DNA from: Prasinococcaceae sp. CCMP 1430
Lineage: Eukaryota > Plantae > Prasinodermophyta
Assembly: GCA_013416795.1 (NCBI GenBank)
Contig: RQSC01000033.1
Span: 357,006 to 397,172, forward strand
DNA length: 40,167 nt
Reading direction: 5' to 3'
Made by a program: the position numbers and the translations under genes. The notes below the pieces were generated by a model that was not told the DNA's origin, searched no databases, and saw only the letters and a list, made by a program, of their open reading frames with translations. Shown piece by piece: positions 8,986 to 21,100 of the stretch. The stretch's first letter is position 1. Each line of letters begins with the position of its first letter.

Positions 8986-11900
8986 ATGGCCCCGGCGGGG
9001 ATGCGCGCCCGCGGCGGGTCGTCGCGTGGCCAGGCGCGGCAGCGGCAGCGGTCGCACTCGTGGCCGCGGCGGGCGCGGCCGCGGCAGGCCAGGCGCCGTT
9101 GCAGCAGCGGAAGGGCGTCGAGGCGTACCTACGCGCGCCCTGGCGGGGCACGAGCGTGCCGGCAGAGATCGGCGAGTTTCTTGCCGACGAGAGCGCCGCC
9201 GCATTCTGGGAGTACGTCGGCGCCCCCGCACGTGTTGGCAGCAGCGATGCTGAGTGCGTTGAGTCGGCTACGGCGCGCGCGGAGGCGCTCATCCCCGCGG
9301 ATCTCGCACCGGTGCTCCGTCTCTCGCTCTCGATGCGAGAGTACTCGCCACGGCTCGCTGCGTATCGCGCGGCTGCGGAGGTGCTCCCGGGCGGTGCGCC
9401 GGGTGCCTGCTGCGCAGCGCATGTGGGTGAGGTCGTGGTGACGGATGCATCCAGGCTGCGCTCGGCGATTTCCTCCGCGGTGCCAGCACCACCTACGGCA
9501 TCCGCAGCAAAGCAACTCGGACAGGAGTTCCCCTCGCACGCCGCACCGCACGCGCCTGTCGCGACGCTGTACGCCATGCCCGGCACACCGTGCTTCGCAG
9601 CATTCCACGGCGAGCTTTCGGCCGCGGCTAGTGCTGGCGAGGTGCGCTACGTGCTGAGGCAGCACGCTGGCGCGGAGTGCGTGGCGGAGCACCGCGCTGA
9701 GGGAAGCTGTGCGATGGTCGGTGAGGGCGCTGAGATGCGCCTGGGTGGATATGGCGTGGAGCTTGCGATCAAGTCGATGGAGTACAAGGCAATCGACGAC
9801 AAGAAGATCGAGGAGGGTGCTGCGGGAGCTGGCGGCGGCGACGGCGGCGATGACCTCGGCGTAGATGTGCGAGGCTTCAACTTCGCGCGGCTCATCGAGC
9901 GCAGCCCTGAGGCTGAGCCCGCGCTGCTCGACTTCCGTGCGTGGCTGCTGGCGACTGCGGGTGATGAGGCATCCGATGGGGCGGCGCTGCAGGTGTGGGA
10001 TCTGAAGGACCTCGGCCTGCAGGCGTCCCAGCGCATCACGAGCGCCTCGAGCCATCCGTTGCGCATCCTTCAGGACGTGGCGCAGAACTTTCCTGCGCTC
10101 GCGCCATCGCTCAGTCGCGTTCGCGTGGCCCCGGAATTGGCTGCCGAAGTGGAGGCGAACAGTGCCGTCGCGCCTGGAGGGCTCAACCTGGTGGCCTTCA
10201 ACGGCGTGATCCAGAATCTAGACACGATGGATGCGTACTCGTTGCTCTCGCTCGCGCGCGCGGAGATACGAGCGCACGCCAGGATGCTCACTCTTGGCCT
10301 GACTGCGGCGGATGCCCGACGAGTGCTTGGCCTGCGCCCGCTTGAGGGTGGGTCTACCGGCGAGGCTCGTTTGGACTTCACGGGCGGGGGCAAGGGACTC
10401 GTCCTAATGTACAACGACATCGAGCGCGATGCCGAGTATCGCAGCTGGCCGGCCGACCCGCGGGCCTTGCTCATGCCCAGCTATGGATTACCAAAGTGCC
10501 GCATGAATTTGATCACCACTGTATTCGCATTGGATCCTTCGACGAGTGCGGGGGCGGCGCCGCTTGGCATGATGCAATACTACGCGAGCCAGGGCGTGGG
10601 CGTGCGCTTCGGCGTGATCCTCGTGTCCCCCGAGGCGCTCGAGGTGGTCGCGCGCGTGGGCGTGGACGCCTTTGACGCCGGCGAAGAGAGCGGCGCGGAT
10701 TTCAAGCTCAGCGATGACGACAGGGCGTTGCTAAATTCGTCGCTGTCTCTTCGCATGATCCGCGCCTTCCTCTGCCTCAGGAAGGAGGTGAGCAAGGCCG
10801 CCGCGTGGGACTTTCTGTTCGGCCTTTCTGCCAAGCTTCTTCCCGCCATGGAGGACCCGTACGACTCTGATCCGCTGGACACGCCCGAGACGCTGGACGC
10901 TCTTGCCGACGAGCACATCAGGGACCTTTTTGCAACCAAGCTGGCAACCAAACCTGAGAAGGCAGGTCAGGTTGATGCGCTGTATGAGGGTCTGGCGACA
11001 GGTGATGCATACATGCTCGAGGCTGTGCGGATCAGCGCGCACGCTGCCAAGAAGGGTATCGCCGACGAGCCTGCGATGATCGTAAACGGAAGGGTGTTCC
11101 CCGGGGAGGACGCAGTGGAGCAGCTGAGCGCGGCCATCAGCGGTGAGATCAGGCTGCTGCAGCAGCTGGTGTACTATGGAGAAATCACCTCCAAGACCAA
11201 CGTGCTCAAGACCATCCTCAAGTTGGGGAGCGTCCAGCGGTTCTCCCTGATCGTTTCAAGCGGTGACGAGGACCCCACCGTTGCTCCGCTCGACGAGGTC
11301 TTCGACCCCGCTTCGCTGCCCAAGGAGGTGCGATTCGTGCGTGCCGATGGGCTCGGCGAAGAATCGACTGCGCCGGTGACGCACCTGGTCGTGCTGTACG
11401 CCGATGAGGCTGGCCAAGGCGAGGAGCTGGCACGGGCTGCTCTGCTTCACGCGAAGCGCGGCAGCTCATCATCCCGCCTGGGCTTCCTTGTGAATCCGCC
11501 AGCTGGCGCGGATGCGCGCGCGAGTAGCCAAATGCTTGAGGCGGTTGGCGCCCCAGTCGACGCGAGTGAGGCCTCGCTTGTGGAGCACGCACGCATCTGT
11601 GCAGCGCTTGGCATTGGCCCCGGTGAGATGGCGCTTGTGAGCAACGCTAAAGTGTACGCTGTCCCGCCCGGAGCGTCCGTGTACCCTGAGGACTTGGCGA
11701 GTATCGAGAGCTCTGCTCGGGAGGCTTTTGGCGATACCGTTGCCGCCATGCACGACGCCAGCGTCGACGGCGGTGCCAGCGCCGAGCTTCGCTCCCACCG
11801 CCTCATGCTCGCAGCGGCGCTCACCATGCGCCGACAGCAGGAGCAGCCAGAGGCCGGGCAAGATATCAACCTCGACGTGCTCTCCGGCGAGAGCGTGCTC

Positions 11901-13733
11901 ATCGAGGAAAACGCGGCCGCAGGCGCCAGAGGGGGCGGCGAGTCGGCGCGGGCCCCCGTTCTCGATGTGCGCGCCGTACTGAATCCGCTGAGCAAGGAGG
12001 CCCAGAAGCTCGCCCCGCTGCTCATGTGGCTGCGCGAGGCGCTGCCACCGCAGAGTCTGGGCCTGCGTGTGTACCTGAACCCGAAGTCGAGCATTACGGA
12101 CCTGCCGCTCAAGTCGTTTTATCGCTTCGCCGCGCCCAGCGGCCTCTCATTTGATCCGGAGGGGGCCCTGCTCGCTGGCCCGACTGTGTCATTTGTGGGC
12201 CTGCCCGAATCGCGCACGCTCACCATGAATATGGATGTGCCAGAACGCTGGCTCGTGGAGCCAGTGTTGGCCGCGCATGATCTGGACAACCTTCGCCTGG
12301 AGAGCCTGCCGGAGGGCGTTTCGACGGTGCAGGTCGGCTTCGAGCTGGAAGCGCTGGTGGTAACGGGTTCGTGCATGAACCAGGGCAGCCGCAAGGATTT
12401 CTACCCGCGCGGCCTGCAACTCGTGCTGGGCACCGAGCCCAAGCCAAGCGACACCATTGTCATGCAGAACTTGGGCTACTTCCAGCTGAAGGCGCCGATG
12501 CCAGGCTCGTGGCCACTCAGCCTCGCCCCTGGACGCTCGGCGGAGCTCTACCAGCTTGACGCCAGCGCGACCCACTTCTCGAAGACCACGGACGGCAGTG
12601 CATACGACGTGAGCCGCGGCCTCGACCTTGCTGGGATCTCTGATGACGCCGATGGCACTGACTCGCTTCTCCTGACCGTCGACAGCTTCCAGCCCGATTT
12701 CGTGTACCTTGGCGTCCAGCGGCGGGCAGGCAAGGAGACGGAGCCTCTGTTGCTAGCGGACGGAGACGGCCAAGGCGGCGAGGGGCTGGGCTCGGCGGCC
12801 GCCTCGATGCTCAGCTCGTGGTTTGGCCGCGACAAGGCCGGCAAGCAGGTCGCGGGGGCTGGTGGCGATGACAACGACAAGATCAACATATTTACCGTGT
12901 GCAGCGGGCACCTCTACGAGCGCTTCATGCGCATAATGATCTTGAGCGTGCTGCAGCACACTGACACTCCCGTCAAATTCTGGTTTATCAAGAACTACCT
13001 GAGCCCTGGCTTCCAGCAAACCATCCCGTTCATGGCGAAGGAGCTCGGCTTTGAGTACGAGATGATCACGTACAAGTGGCCTACCTTCCTCAATAAGCAG
13101 ACGGAGAAGATGCGCCTTATTTGGGCGTACAAGATCCTCTTCCTGGACGTGCTCTTCCCCGTCAACCTCAAGCGCGTCATATTCGTCGATGCCGACCAGA
13201 TCGTCAGGACAGACATGAAGGAGCTCATGGAGATGGACCTGCAGGGGGCCGTGTACGGCTACACCCCCTTCTGTGACAACAACGAAGAGATGGAGGGCTT
13301 TCGCTTCTGGAAGCAGGGCTTCTGGCAGACCCACTTGCAGAACAAGCCCTATCACATCAGCGCGCTGTACGTCATCGACTTGGAGCGTTTTCGCGCCACG
13401 GGCGCTGGCGACATGCTACGCGCCACGTACGACCAGCTCAGCAAGGATCCTCATAGCCTCGCCAACCTGGACCAGGACCTCCCCAACTACATGCAGCACC
13501 AGGTCCCGATATTCTCCCTGCCACAGGAGTGGCTGTGGTGTGAGAGCTGGTGCGGCAATGCCACCAAAGCAGCTGCGAAGACGATCGACCTGTGCAACAA
13601 CCCCATGACCAAGGAGCCGAAGCTCGTTGGCGCGAGGCGCATCGTGAGCGAGTGGGGCGACTATGACGACAGGCAGAGAGAGATCATCGAGAGGGCCGAG
13701 ACTGAGGTGCGCGCGGGGGCGGCTGCGAGCTGA
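8986..13733 (+). CDS. UGGT: UDP-glucose:glycoprotein glucosyltransferase (GT24), apparently intronless; start uncertain (ATG 8986 is out of frame, in-frame ATG at 8847)
   Basis: Signal-like AAAAAVALVAAAG, LGGYGVELAIKSMEYKAIDD, QVWDLKDLGLQASQRI, NLGYFQLKA.PG.W, INIFTVCSGHLYERF, YKILFLDVLFP..IFVDADQ, LANLDQDLPN, QEWLWCESWC, IDLCNNPMTKEPKL. Confidence 0.97.
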
Positions 13734-13740
13734 GTGCGCT

Positions 13741-13745
13741 TGTAA
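13741..13745 (+). terminator. TGTAA candidate poly(A) signal of UGGT
   Basis: TGTAA 7 nt after the stop codon. Confidence 0.5.
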
Positions 13746-13767
13746 CACGTAACATATGATACAAAAA

Positions 13768-15282
13768 TCAGAGTTTGATGCGCTGCCATCGCTTCGTTCG
13801 CCAAAGCGCCGTGAAGAGCAGCGCGTTGCCGATGCGACTAAGCGTGTACACGGCCCACAGCTGCGTGAGCGAGCAGCCCTTGACGATGGCGATGTAGTAC
13901 GCCAGCGGCAGGAAAACGCACCATTGGCTGAGGAACGACGCGATTGCGACCGTCCGCGCGGCGCCGACGCCGCTCAGCGCGCTCTGCATAACCGCGCCGG
14001 CCGAATCTACGCACACCGCGGCGCCCACCATGCGTAGCGGCGCGACGGCCGCCGCCCTCGCCACCTCATCCGCAAGGAAGGGCTTCAACAACATGTCCGG
14101 AAATGCCACGAACACCAACCCGCAGAGTGCCATGAGCGCCGATGTCAGCCGGGCAACCTGCCAGACCCATTTGTCTGCATCCTCCGGGTCGCCCCGGCCC
14201 ATCGCCCGCCCTGCAAGTGCACCGGCGGACAGACCCATCCCCCAGCACGGCAGCGCGACAACGAGCAGCAAGTTGAGCAGGACGTTCGCTGCGCCAAGCT
14301 CCACCGTGCCAATGCGTCCAATAATCCAAAACAGCACCGTCATGCCGGAGGCGTACAGCGTGGTGGTCAGGGCCTGGCTGATGCTGAGCCCGCCCAGGGT
14401 GCGCACGGTGGCGAGGCTCGGCATGGCAGCCATAAAGCCACGCGCGCGTGCGCGCATAAATCCCTGCCGAAAGTATAGGAGCGTGCCGAACCACGTAGAC
14501 GCTGTCGTACCAAGACCCGCGCCCAGCACACCGAGCGCGGGAATGCCCAGACCAGGAACGCCGAATATCAGCGCAAAGCTCAGCACGATATTCGCAGCGT
14601 GCATGGAAGTAATTGTGTGCAGGTACACCTTCGGCTGCCCGCACGCGTTCCAGTACCCGCGGAACGAGTAGTTCATGCCGACGGCAGGGACCGCCAGCAA
14701 TCGCGCCTGCAGGTACGGCACTGCCGCAGCGAGCACCTGGGGGTCGCTCTGTATTGCGGCAATATATGTCGGCGCCGCCCAGAACATCACAGCGCCAATG
14801 GCAGTGCCAACGATGGCCGCGAGAGCGAGCGCTGCGTTGAGCGGCTCCGCGGCGCGCGCCTCCTGCTCGGCGCCCGCCCCGACGCGCCGCGCGCTCATGG
14901 CCGTGACTCCCGCGCCGAGGCTCTGCACACAAGCCTGCGCCTGGAAGTTCACGTTGCTCCCTACGCCAACCGCGGCAACGACGGCAGTTCCCAGCGATGC
15001 CACCATCGCAGCGTCCACCAAGTTGAGGACGTTTTGACTCACCATCCCGCCCATCACTGGCAGGGCCTGGCTGGTGATCACATCGAAGCGCTCGCGAGGC
15101 ACGCCCAGGACGGCACCGCGCCGCCCGTCCCCGCCGGCGCCAGCGCCGGCGCCGCCCCCGTCGCTCTCGGTGTCGTCTCCAGGCGAAACGGTGGTCGCCG
15201 CGGCCACCGCCCGCCGCCTCCTCTGCCGCCCGTGCCGCCCTCGCGCCCCACAGCACCGCGAGAAGCAGCTGCGCAAGCGCAT
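13768..15282 (-). CDS. MATE family multidrug/toxin antiporter, bacterial type, with an Arg/Ala-rich N-terminal extension; 5' end unresolved
   Basis: [69 protein letters not shown], multiple hydrophobic segments in two homologous halves. The only upstream ATG (15282) lies antisense within the RPL21 fragment. Confidence 0.9.
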   Translation of the reverse strand: MRLRSCFSRCCGARGRHGRQRRRRAVAAATTVSPGDDTESDGGGAGAGAGGDGRRGAVLGVPRERFDVITSQALPVMGGMVSQNVLNLVDAAMVASLGTAVVAAVGVGSNVNFQAQACVQSLGAGVTAMSARRVGAGAEQEARAAEPLNAALALAAIVGTAIGAVMFWAAPTYIAAIQSDPQVLAAAVPYLQARLLAVPAVGMNYSFRGYWNACGQPKVYLHTITSMHAANIVLSFALIFGVPGLGIPALGVLGAGLGTTASTWFGTLLYFRQGFMRARARGFMAAMPSLATVRTLGGLSISQALTTTLYASGMTVLFWIIGRIGTVELGAANVLLNLLLVVALPCWGMGLSAGALAGRAMGRGDPEDADKWVWQVARLTSALMALCGLVFVAFPDMLLKPFLADEVARAAAVAPLRMVGAAVCVDSAGAVMQSALSGVGAARTVAIASFLSQWCVFLPLAYYIAIVKGCSLTQLWAVYTLSRIGNALLFTALWRTKRWQRIKL

Positions 15283-15404
15283 CCACGTGCGCGTCGAGCA
15301 CGTGCAGCCCTCGCGCTCGCGCGACGAGTTCCTGGCGCGCCGCGCGTCGAACGACGCTGCCAAGGCCGAGGCGAAGAAGGCTGGCAAGAAGATCTCGACC
15401 AAGC
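15254..15404 (+). pseudogene. RPL21: Internal fragment of 60S ribosomal protein eL21, cut by the N gap at 15405
   Basis: [50 protein letters not shown] is the conserved eL21 core. It is preceded by an acceptor-like CCCCACAG; upstream exons are absent. Confidence 0.85.
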
Positions 15405-15668
15405 NCGCGAGCACGAGCGGGCCACGGCGCGGGCGGCGCGCGCGTCCACACGCCGAGGGTGTGTGCGGGGGGGGGTCGGTGGAGGGGCGAGGGGGGGAGA
15501 AGACGCTCCGTGCGGCCGCATCTGGGCTCGGGGATCCTGGCGGTGCGGGGATCCACGCCGAGGCCTCCGCGGGCGGCGGCGCGGGCGGCGCGCGGCGGCG
15601 CAGGTTGTGCGCAGCGAGGCACAGGCCAAAAAGAGTCGGGGAAGTGGGAGCCTCCGGGCGTGGACGCG

Positions 15669-15833
15669 ATGGCGACGGAGGTCTACTTCGTGGGTGCGCT
15701 GGTAGCCCTCGCACTCGTCGCCCTCTGCGCGGCGGCGCTCGATCTGAAACTGCGCTATCAGCCCGCACGGTCGCGCGACCCCGCCGTGAGGCGAGAGGCC
15801 CTCCGACGATACCTGCACAGCAAGGTCGCTTGA
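15669..15833 (+). CDS. 54-aa single-pass membrane microprotein of unknown function
   Basis: MATEVYFVGALVALALVALCAAALDLKLRYQP...HSKVA: ATGG context, one hydrophobic helix and a basic tail; convergent with SNAPC3. Confidence 0.5.
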   Translation: MATEVYFVGALVALALVALCAAALDLKLRYQPARSRDPAVRREALRRYLHSKVA

Positions 15834-15951
15834 GATGATGGTGAGGCCCGCACGTGTCGTAGATACTGTACTTGCTGTGTATGTTACTCGTCTGTACATG
15901 AGCATCCGCTCAGCTCAGTCGCTTGGGACGCCAGCGAGAGGTTGGTATCGC

Positions 15952-17521
15952 CTACGGCTGGGCGTTCGGTGTGAAGGGAGCAAAGGCGACGCCGCGTTCA
16001 ATCGCCGCCGGCAACACCGGCGCACCCTTGGCGTCTGCGTAGAGCATGCGCAGACACGTAGGGCACAGCGCGGCGACGGTGCTCAGGTCGGGGTCCCTAG
16101 CTGTATACTCAGCCTCTCGCTCACCGCACGCGCTGCACTGCACCGGCCAACGGTGCGTCAAGCGTGCCACCTTCGGGTAGTCTGCGCGCATCTGAGGGTC
16201 GCCCGAGTGCGCGAGCCGCACGTCCGTCAACACCAGGGCGTGCACACAGCCGCCATGGCAGTACACCATGTCCTCGCCCGGTCGCAGTGTCATGCCTTCC
16301 AGCGTTGAGCCCGTCAGGGCGTGGCGCTCGAACCCGTACGCAGTCGGGTGCCGAGAGGCCAGCCAAGCCACGGCCGCGTTTGCGGGCTGTCGCATGCCGC
16401 CAGGAAGAGGGCGCGCGTCAGAGCGAGATGCGGCCCATGCGCGTCAGCATGTGCGCTCACAAGTGAGGGAAGGCGCACGCAAGGCGCCGCAAAAAGTGTG
16501 GCACACGAAGCAGCGGACGCATCTGCAGCGCCGCGCGCACCTCGTCGCCATCGTCGAACAGCACTCCGCCCATGATAAAGTACGCAGACTCAGCGTCCTC
16601 CTGCGTAACGCCGGCGGGGTTCGCGGCGGGCTCAGCCAGAGCACGCGCCAGCAGCTCGTCGGTGTAGCAGCACAGCACGCAGCGCAGTCTCTCAAGCGGG
16701 GTGTCAGGCAGGACCATCACGTGTCTGTCCAGCGACGGCGGGGTCTTCTCGTGACTGGAGAAGAACGCGAAAGTGAGCACAACGTCCTCGCCGACCACCA
16801 CTTTCTTGCCCGCAGCTCGCTGCGCCGCCTCTGCAGCGTTTCCCTTCGCCTGCCAACCTGGTGGGGCGGGCGGGTCGGACCGCAATAGGTGGTAGCGGTT
16901 GCGGGGGCTCCCATAGCGCATGACGAGCTGGTCGAATGATCGATCCATGCCCTGGTCGGACGCCCGCTCTCGCGCTCTGCCCTTGCCACTTCCCTGGCCG
17001 GAGCTCGAAGTCGGTCTAGCGCGTTTGTTCGTCGGCTTCCCACCTCTTTTCGCGCCACCCCCGTCCTTGGTACCGCCCTTGTCCAACTCCTTGTCCGCCT
17101 CCTTGCCTCTGTCTGCCTTTTTGCTCGGGCGGCATGCATTGAGCTGCAGGCCTTCGACCTCGACCTTTCGCCGCACGTCGGCAGCGGTCGCCGCGGCGTT
17201 CACCTCGGCCGAGCTCGCGCCCTGTGCGACCATCATGGCGACAATCTCGTCGGCCGTTGGCGCTGACCTCCACCCCTCACCCTCCTTGCAAGCCCCCTCG
17301 GCGGGCGTCTGCGCGGGCCTCAGCGCGAGCGGCAGCGGCAGCGGCGGCGCTGCCGCGCGCGCGGCACCAAGCGTTGATCCTCCGCCCCCTCGCGCTGCGG
17401 CTCGCGCGCTCGCGTAGACCGCTCGCGCGCTCGTGGCGAATGCAGCGAGGTCCACCGGCGTGGCGGCCACCTCGGCCGTCGCCAGGTACGCCTGCAGCGG
17501 CGGGCCCCCCGCCTCCGTCAT
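15952..17521 (-). CDS. SNAPC3: snRNA-activating protein complex subunit 3 (SNAP50); exons 17521-16541, 16386-15952 (471 aa)
   Basis: VMVLPDTPLERLRCVLCC, SAYFIMGGVLFDD, YCHGGCVHALVLTDVRL, YP, CSAC..CPTC..LYAD zinc-finger pattern. GTGCGC..CTGAC..CAG intron in phase 0. Confidence 0.82.
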
Positions 17522-17856
17522 CGGATGGCAAGGGGCAACGCCCCTCGCCCGTGCGCGTGTACTGTGGCAACCAACGTCCGCACACCAAAAAACAATCGTA
17601 TCACGAACTGCTGCCAGCAGCGCGCGCACCACGCGCCGCCACACCGCGCGCGGCTGGCGGGCGGGCAGGCGGACGAGCTCCGCGCTGCGCGGGAGGGTGG
17701 GGGTCGGAGGGACGGAGCCGCACGGAGCCGCGGCGAGAGCGCGGCATCGCACCCCCGCGCTTGTGCGGTGCGCGCCGCGCTGCGGCCCGCGGCGCGTGCT
17801 GTGCTCGTGGTCGAGGGCCGATTAGGGCACGCCTGCCAAGCGGCGGCACCGGTGCG

Positions 17857-18150
17857 ATGAGCATGTACAAGCAGGCCACGCAAAAGGTGGGGCAGCTGCT
17901 GCTGGCAGTGCCCAAGCAGCACGTGCAGTGGACGGTGGGGACGAACGGCGCCCGCACGCAGGTCGTCACACACGGCCTGGTGCCGCGCCGCGTGCGCGAG
18001 GACACACGCTCGCACCGCATCTGGCAGGGGGAGGTGGTGGAGACGCGCAAGAAGAAGGTCTCAGAGGACAGCGCTATCTCAAAGATGCGGAGACGAATGG
18101 GCGCCAGCAAGGACAAGGGCGCAGATCCCTTCGCATCGTGGAGCAAGTAA
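17857..18150 (+). CDS. 97-aa basic protein of unknown function
   Basis: MSMYKQATQKVGQLLLAVPKQHVQWTVGTNGARTQVVTHGLVPRR... has GC3-rich coding-like codon usage, unlike flanking DNA; divergent from SNAPC3. Confidence 0.65.
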   Translation: MSMYKQATQKVGQLLLAVPKQHVQWTVGTNGARTQVVTHGLVPRRVREDTRSHRIWQGEVVETRKKKVSEDSAISKMRRRMGASKDKGADPFASWSK

Positions 18151-18792
18151 GCGCGCCGCGCGCAAAGTCCCGCACACCTGGTGCCTTCACCACCTGTCCA
18201 CGACATTGTCATGTTCGTCATTTTTCCCCACCCCTCACCACAGAAGGGACACAAACAGGGCCAAGAGGGAGACACACCAAGCGCGCGCGCGCGTTTTCAC
18301 GCCACCGTGCCCCGCTGGAAGTGGGAAAATCCCCTGAGACCCGCCAGCGCCTGCTGAGCACGCCGTGCCGAGCGGCACTCGGTGTTGAGAGGGGCTCGCC
18401 AGTCGCAGGGTACAGCTCAGCACCACGTCCCGAAGCTCGCGGCGAAGTGCCAGCCACCACGCGTGGGCGCGCGAGCGCTTGTCGGCAAGTGAAAGAAGAA
18501 CATGATAGCTAATATTATAAGTCTCCCGGAGGAGTCCCCAATTAGGGGGCTCTGCTTTGACAAGCGTGACGGGGATGGCGCACATCATCTTAGGACGGCG
18601 GCCTGGCGCACAGCAGGTGCGCGGGTAGCCCGGCGATCGACTCGGGCTGCCCGGCACGCGCGCGGCAGGCACGCATGAAGTGTACAGCTTGGTCACGCGA
18701 CTTCGGCTCGGCTTGAATGCCTGGCCGTCGTCGCGGTCGTTTGGTGGAATTGGGTGGGTGCGGCGTGCACTCCGCTCTGCGCGCGTCACCTT

Positions 18793-20470
18793 CTAGTTGA
18801 GGATGGGCGCTGGCAGCTTGGCCACCTCACCGTACTTGGAGCTGGAGTACTTCTTCGTGACGGCGTGGAGCGATGAGTTCGGCGCCTTGGCCTGCTCGCT
18901 GACGATGTTCTGGATGCACTCCGACATCTGCGCCTCTGAGTACTGCGAGTGCTTCTGAAGGGCGGTGTTCCAGCTGCCGCGCTGCAGCGTGAGCTGCGCG
19001 GCGCGCAGGGCGGACGCGGCCATGAGCGAGGAGGGGTACTTGACGAAATCGTAGTTCGGCATGGCCAGCTCCAGCAGGTAGAAGGCGGTCTGCTCCATAC
19101 GCTTGTCCGCCTTCGCCGCCTTGAGGAAGCGGTTCATGAAGTGGTACGCGGTGGGCACGGTCATGTTGAACTTGAGCGTGTTGAGCATCATCTTCTCGGT
19201 GTTCAGGATCTGGTCGCGCGAGTACGCCTTGTCCGAGATGTAGACGAAGTCGCGGACCTCGGGGGCCCAGATCTCCTCGTACTTGGAGGCCACGAGCATG
19301 GCGGTCACGCCCACGAGCTGCAGGTTCTTGCGGGTCACCTGCTTCTTGGCGAGGAAGCGGTCGATCACGTTGACGGTCAGGTGCAGCGTCTCCGGCATCA
19401 GCTTAAACTTGAGGTGCACCTCCACGAGCCAGTCGATCAGGATGGCGCGCATCTTCTCGTTGACGTCGTTCTGGTCCTTCATGTACGTGGCAGAGATGAC
19501 CTCGCGCGCCTCAGCCTTGCGGTACCACGCCAGGATGTCATTGATGTACTCAGCGGCCTGGAGCGGATCGTCGCGGTCCGCTGCGTCGATGTCGGGCAGT
19601 GCCGAGGTCGCCTCGCTCACCGAGCGCAGGGTAGCACGAGTGGAGCGCTCGTTCTGCAGGGAGCGGCTGCGGGTGGTCACGCCGGCGCGGCCGTTGCCGA
19701 GCTGGCCGAGGATGGACACGGTCGAGCGGTCGGCCGCCTTCTGGGCGCTGTTGTGGCAGGCAGAGGACACGACAAACGACGCGGAGCGCGAGATGCGGGG
19801 TTGACGCGTGTGCATGTGTGGGGTGGAGAGGGAAGAGCGGGGGCAGAGGGGCAGGGACGTCAGGGAGGCGCACGGCGCGCCGGGGGAAAGCGGGGTGTGA
19901 GGTTGCGACGCGATCGTAGCCGGGCGCGCAATGTGCGCCATTGCAGCATTGGGAGGTCAGCACGCGTCGTGGCTTGTCTTCTTTGTCTACTGCGTGCACG
20001 GCGCGAGCCGCGAGCGACTCTGCCTGCGCACGTACCCCTCCTTGCTAGCGTTGCGGCCGGTGAGGTTGCCCACGAGGTTGCTGATCTCGCCGAAGGCGCG
20101 GCGAGCGCCACCGACGCGGGTGGCGCCTGAGCGACGCACGCGCGCGCGCGCGAGGACATTGAGCATGGCGCGCGCGTGTTAGCATCAGTCGCGTCTCTCT
20201 TTTCAGGGCAGCGCCACGTCCGGCGCGGCGGCGGGGCCTGGGCGGCGCGACGCGTGGCGCACACACCCTCCACATGGCGGTTCTCATCGAGCACGTTGTG
20301 CGCCTGCGTGGGCGGCAGCGGGTGGGGGTGCGATCGCGCGCGTCAGCACACGGGCGCCGCGCGTTGCCAACCCCGTTCCTCTCTCCGCACGCGCGGCGCT
20401 CGCGCGCACGCCCTCCTCGTGCTCCCTCGCCGCGCGCCGCGCCTCGGCGCGCACGCACGCGGAGGCTCAT
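18793..20470 (-). CDS. CYCB: B-type mitotic cyclin; exons 20470-20459, 20303-20267, 20126-20036, 19747-18793 (364 aa)
   Basis: Destruction box RRAFGEISN, cyclin box MRAILIDWLVEVHLKF.LMPETLHLTVNVIDRFL, LQLVGVTAM..ASKYEEIWAPEVRDFVYISD. All three GT-AG introns join in consistent phase (1095 nt total). Confidence 0.93.
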
Positions 20471-21100
20471 CTCGAGAAGGGCGGCGGGCGGCGGGTGGGC
20501 GGCGCGGCGCGGGCGTCTCCTCGGTGGGCTTCCAGCGTCGCTCGGCGGGGCGTCAGGGGCACTGCGCGCACTGTGGCGCGCCTCCCGCCCGCGCCAGCCC
20601 TCTCTCTCCCTCTCCCTCTCTCTCTCTCTTGTTCGCACGCGCGCGCCGCTGCCGCTTGCCGCCGCCGCGCCCCTCGCCGCGGAACACATTTCGCATGCGC
20701 ACTCGTCCGTAAAACGTGATCCGTTCGCACCCGCGCCGCGCCCCGCCGCGCGCGCGGCGTCCCCGCGTTTCCCCCATTGCCCGTTGTTAGCGCGCGCGCG
20801 CGCGCGCGAACGGCGCGAGCGCGCGCGGGGGCGGCGCCCGTCCGGATTCCTTTGGATTCCGCACCAAAATGGAACCTTCACCTGGATGCATTCGGTTATT
20901 ACATGGAGTGTTTGGATTTGGATTCCGCGTGCGATCCGCGCGCGGCGCGCGTGCGTCCCGACCCGCGCGGCCCCGCGCGGGTGCGTTTCGATGGGGCGGC
21001 GTCGATGATGGAGAGGACCATGGCGTCGGGGTCCAGCTTGCGGATCTCGAGCGGAACGGCGCGCGGGCGACGCCGCTCGCGCGCGCGCGCGCGCCCAGCA

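Noticed and set aside
18534-18553. GAGTCCCC-AATTA-GGGGGCTC hairpin resembling the RNase P/MRP P4 helix
   Set aside because: The P4 strands must be hundreds of nt apart; here they form a local hairpin and other conserved regions are absent.
18235-18789. 184-aa - strand ORF immediately after cyclin B
   Set aside because: GTG start 4 nt after the cyclin stop, no motifs; probably 3' UTR.
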